DNA from: Oscillospiraceae bacterium
Lineage (GTDB): Bacteria > Bacillota > Clostridia > Oscillospirales > CAG-272
Assembly: GCA_015064745.1 (NCBI GenBank)
Contig: SVRR01000002.1
Coordinates: forward strand, 74,454-138,453
Direction: 5' to 3'
Length of the DNA stretch: 64,000 bases
Below are positions 63,075 to 64,000 of this stretch, in pieces. The notes under the pieces were generated by a model, which made no database searches, was not told the origin of the DNA, and worked only from the letters and a program-made list of their open reading frames with translations. Each line of letters begins with the position of its first letter. The first letter of the stretch is position 1. A program made the position numbers and the translations under genes.

Positions 63075-63725
63075 TTCCAAAATCCATTTTTTTGACCAAG
63101 CAAACAATGTTTCGGACATCAAATTAAAGTCAACTGAGTTACCGCCTTTCAAATGCAAAAAGGTATTAATGATGGTCTGTTCATCGGACGAGACAACCGA
63201 TAACAAATCCTTTTGATGTCTAAAATGTTTTCCGCTCTGGCGGAAAGCAATTGCCTGCACAACGAAAGAGGCGGATTTATATAGCCCGCGCAAAATGTCG
63301 TCACTCTTTTCGTGCAGCATATTATGCACACATCCATGATAGATGTTACAAGCGCCGATTTTGATCGCTCTGTCCACAGTCGATTCATCAATGACAGTAA
63401 GCAATTCGTCAAGGCTTCCTTTTATCGGGGTTGTATCATAATAAAACTGAAAAAGGTCTGAAGGTTCCCAATTTAAAATTTCATTTTTACCCGACACGAA
63501 TCCGCAGATCAGCTCTCTGTGCGGCAAACCGTCGAGCATTTCATTGTAGTTCTGAATATCCGAGGCAGATAACTCGTCCAGTATCACGACAATGTCAATA
63601 TCACTTGTGTCACGAGCCTCACCGCGACCGTAACTCCCCTGCAAGCCGACAAACCACACGCGGTTTTCAAATTTATGATTTAGACTTTGCAAAAAGACAT
63701 TCATCCATGCGGTTACATCTATCAT
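63066..63725 (-). CDS. nucleotidyltransferase (Pol-beta/MNT type) fused to a helical HEPN-like domain (KNTase-like architecture)
   Basis: GLQGSYGRGEARDTSDIDIVVIL is the GS-x-n-D-x-D NTase motif. The C-terminal helical half contains FRQSGKHF (R-x4-H). Confidence 0.8.
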   Translation of the reverse strand: MIDVTAWMNVFLQSLNHKFENRVWFVGLQGSYGRGEARDTSDIDIVVILDELSASDIQNYNEMLDGLPHRELICGFVSGKNEILNWEPSDLFQFYYDTTPIKGSLDELLTVIDESTVDRAIKIGACNIYHGCVHNMLHEKSDDILRGLYKSASFVVQAIAFRQSGKHFRHQKDLLSVVSSDEQTIINTFLHLKGGNSVDFNLMSETLFAWSKKWILEIN

Positions 63726-63761
63726 CTTAATTACCTCATCAAATTCTGGATTTTCGGTGAA

Positions 63762-63829
63762 TTTATTATATCACAAATTCGCTACAAAATCGAAGATTTT
63801 GCACGGAAGCAGAGCTTCCGCAAGCGCAT
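63762..63829. repeat. 68-bp direct repeat, copy 1
   Basis: tttattatatcacaaattcgctacaaaatcgaagattttgcacggaagcagagcttccgcAagcgcat. Identical to 63933-64000 except 63822 A versus 63993 G. Contains the hairpin CGGAAGC-aga-GCTTCCG. Confidence 0.9.
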
Positions 63830-63932
63830 ATCGCGCAAGCGAATTTCAGATGTAGTAAAACGAACTTTGCCATACGGCAAAGTGTGCGTGCCTTCGCACG
63901 CGGCGGCGAGAATGCAATCCTCGCCGTTTTGT

Positions 63933-64000
63933 TTTATTATATCACAAATTCGCTACAAAATCGAAGATTTTGCACGGAAGCAGAGCTTCCGCGAGCGCAT
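63933..64000. repeat. 68-bp direct repeat, copy 2 (truncated by the window edge)
   Basis: Same sequence 171 bp downstream of copy 1. The alignment is still matching at the last base of the window. Confidence 0.9.

Noticed and set aside
63762-64000. A CRISPR array as the explanation for the direct repeats at the window end.
   Set aside because: The repeat (at least 68 bp) is much longer than CRISPR repeats. Only two copies are visible, the spacer is itself hairpin-rich, and there are no cas genes in the window.
1-64000. Mobile elements, prophage, tRNA/rRNA genes, and inteins or group II introns in large genes.
   Set aside because: No transposase, integrase, phage structural or reverse-transcriptase-like translation appears in any frame. 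Non-coding gaps are all 295 bp or shorter and show no tRNA-like cloverleaf by eye. MutS, MutL, UvrC, PflB and GlpK have normal lengths with contiguous motifs.

Overview
This is a 64-kb chromosomal window from a moderately GC-rich, spore-forming Firmicute. Gene content (spoIVB, cotJABC, a DUF3794-LysM protein, hprK, pflBA) suggests Clostridia, possibly Oscillospiraceae/Ruminococcaceae-like, but the taxon is only an inference. I call about 58 protein-coding genes and recognised no rRNA, tRNA, CRISPR array, transposase, integrase or phage gene. Most of the window is core housekeeping: pheS-pheT, rsmD-coaD, uvrC, ptsH, rimM-trmD, tadA, a miaB-ylbF-mutS-mutL-tgt block, a hexuronate cluster (MFS, uxaC-eda-kdgK), spoIVB, hprK, fur plus a metal exporter, pflBA, glpK, cotJABC, and a GH2 hydrolase with a GPH symporter. 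Many intergenic regions carry near-consensus sigma-A promoters (TTGACA-17-TATAAT) and clear rho-independent terminators. Five things deserve a second look. (1) An AT-rich, terminator-bounded block at about 52.3-57.7 kb encodes a polytopic membrane protein, a signal-peptide-less BspA-type LRR protein fused to a TM hairpin and a Cys-rich module, a 703-aa lipoprotein with PGRS-like GGNGG/GGAGG repeats, and a divergent XRE regulator with palindromes in the shared control region. I cannot assign this gene combination to any described system. (2) A second AT-rich patch at 61.5-64 kb holds a protein with a degenerate Nudix-like box and a fused NTase-HEPN-like protein. It also has clustered GC hairpins and a 68-bp direct repeat (period 171 bp) that carries a promoter-like motif and runs off the window edge. 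(3) Three single-base frameshifts occur in otherwise intact genes: one in ptsH/HPr and two in an SGNH hydrolase. They could be assembly errors or pseudogenes. (4) The HPr also carries a loop insertion of about 22 aa just before the Ser46-equivalent residue. (5) A membrane protein with a RyR-like domain sits at the head of the hexuronate cluster. All functional calls come from reading the translated ORFs by eye. No database search was run.
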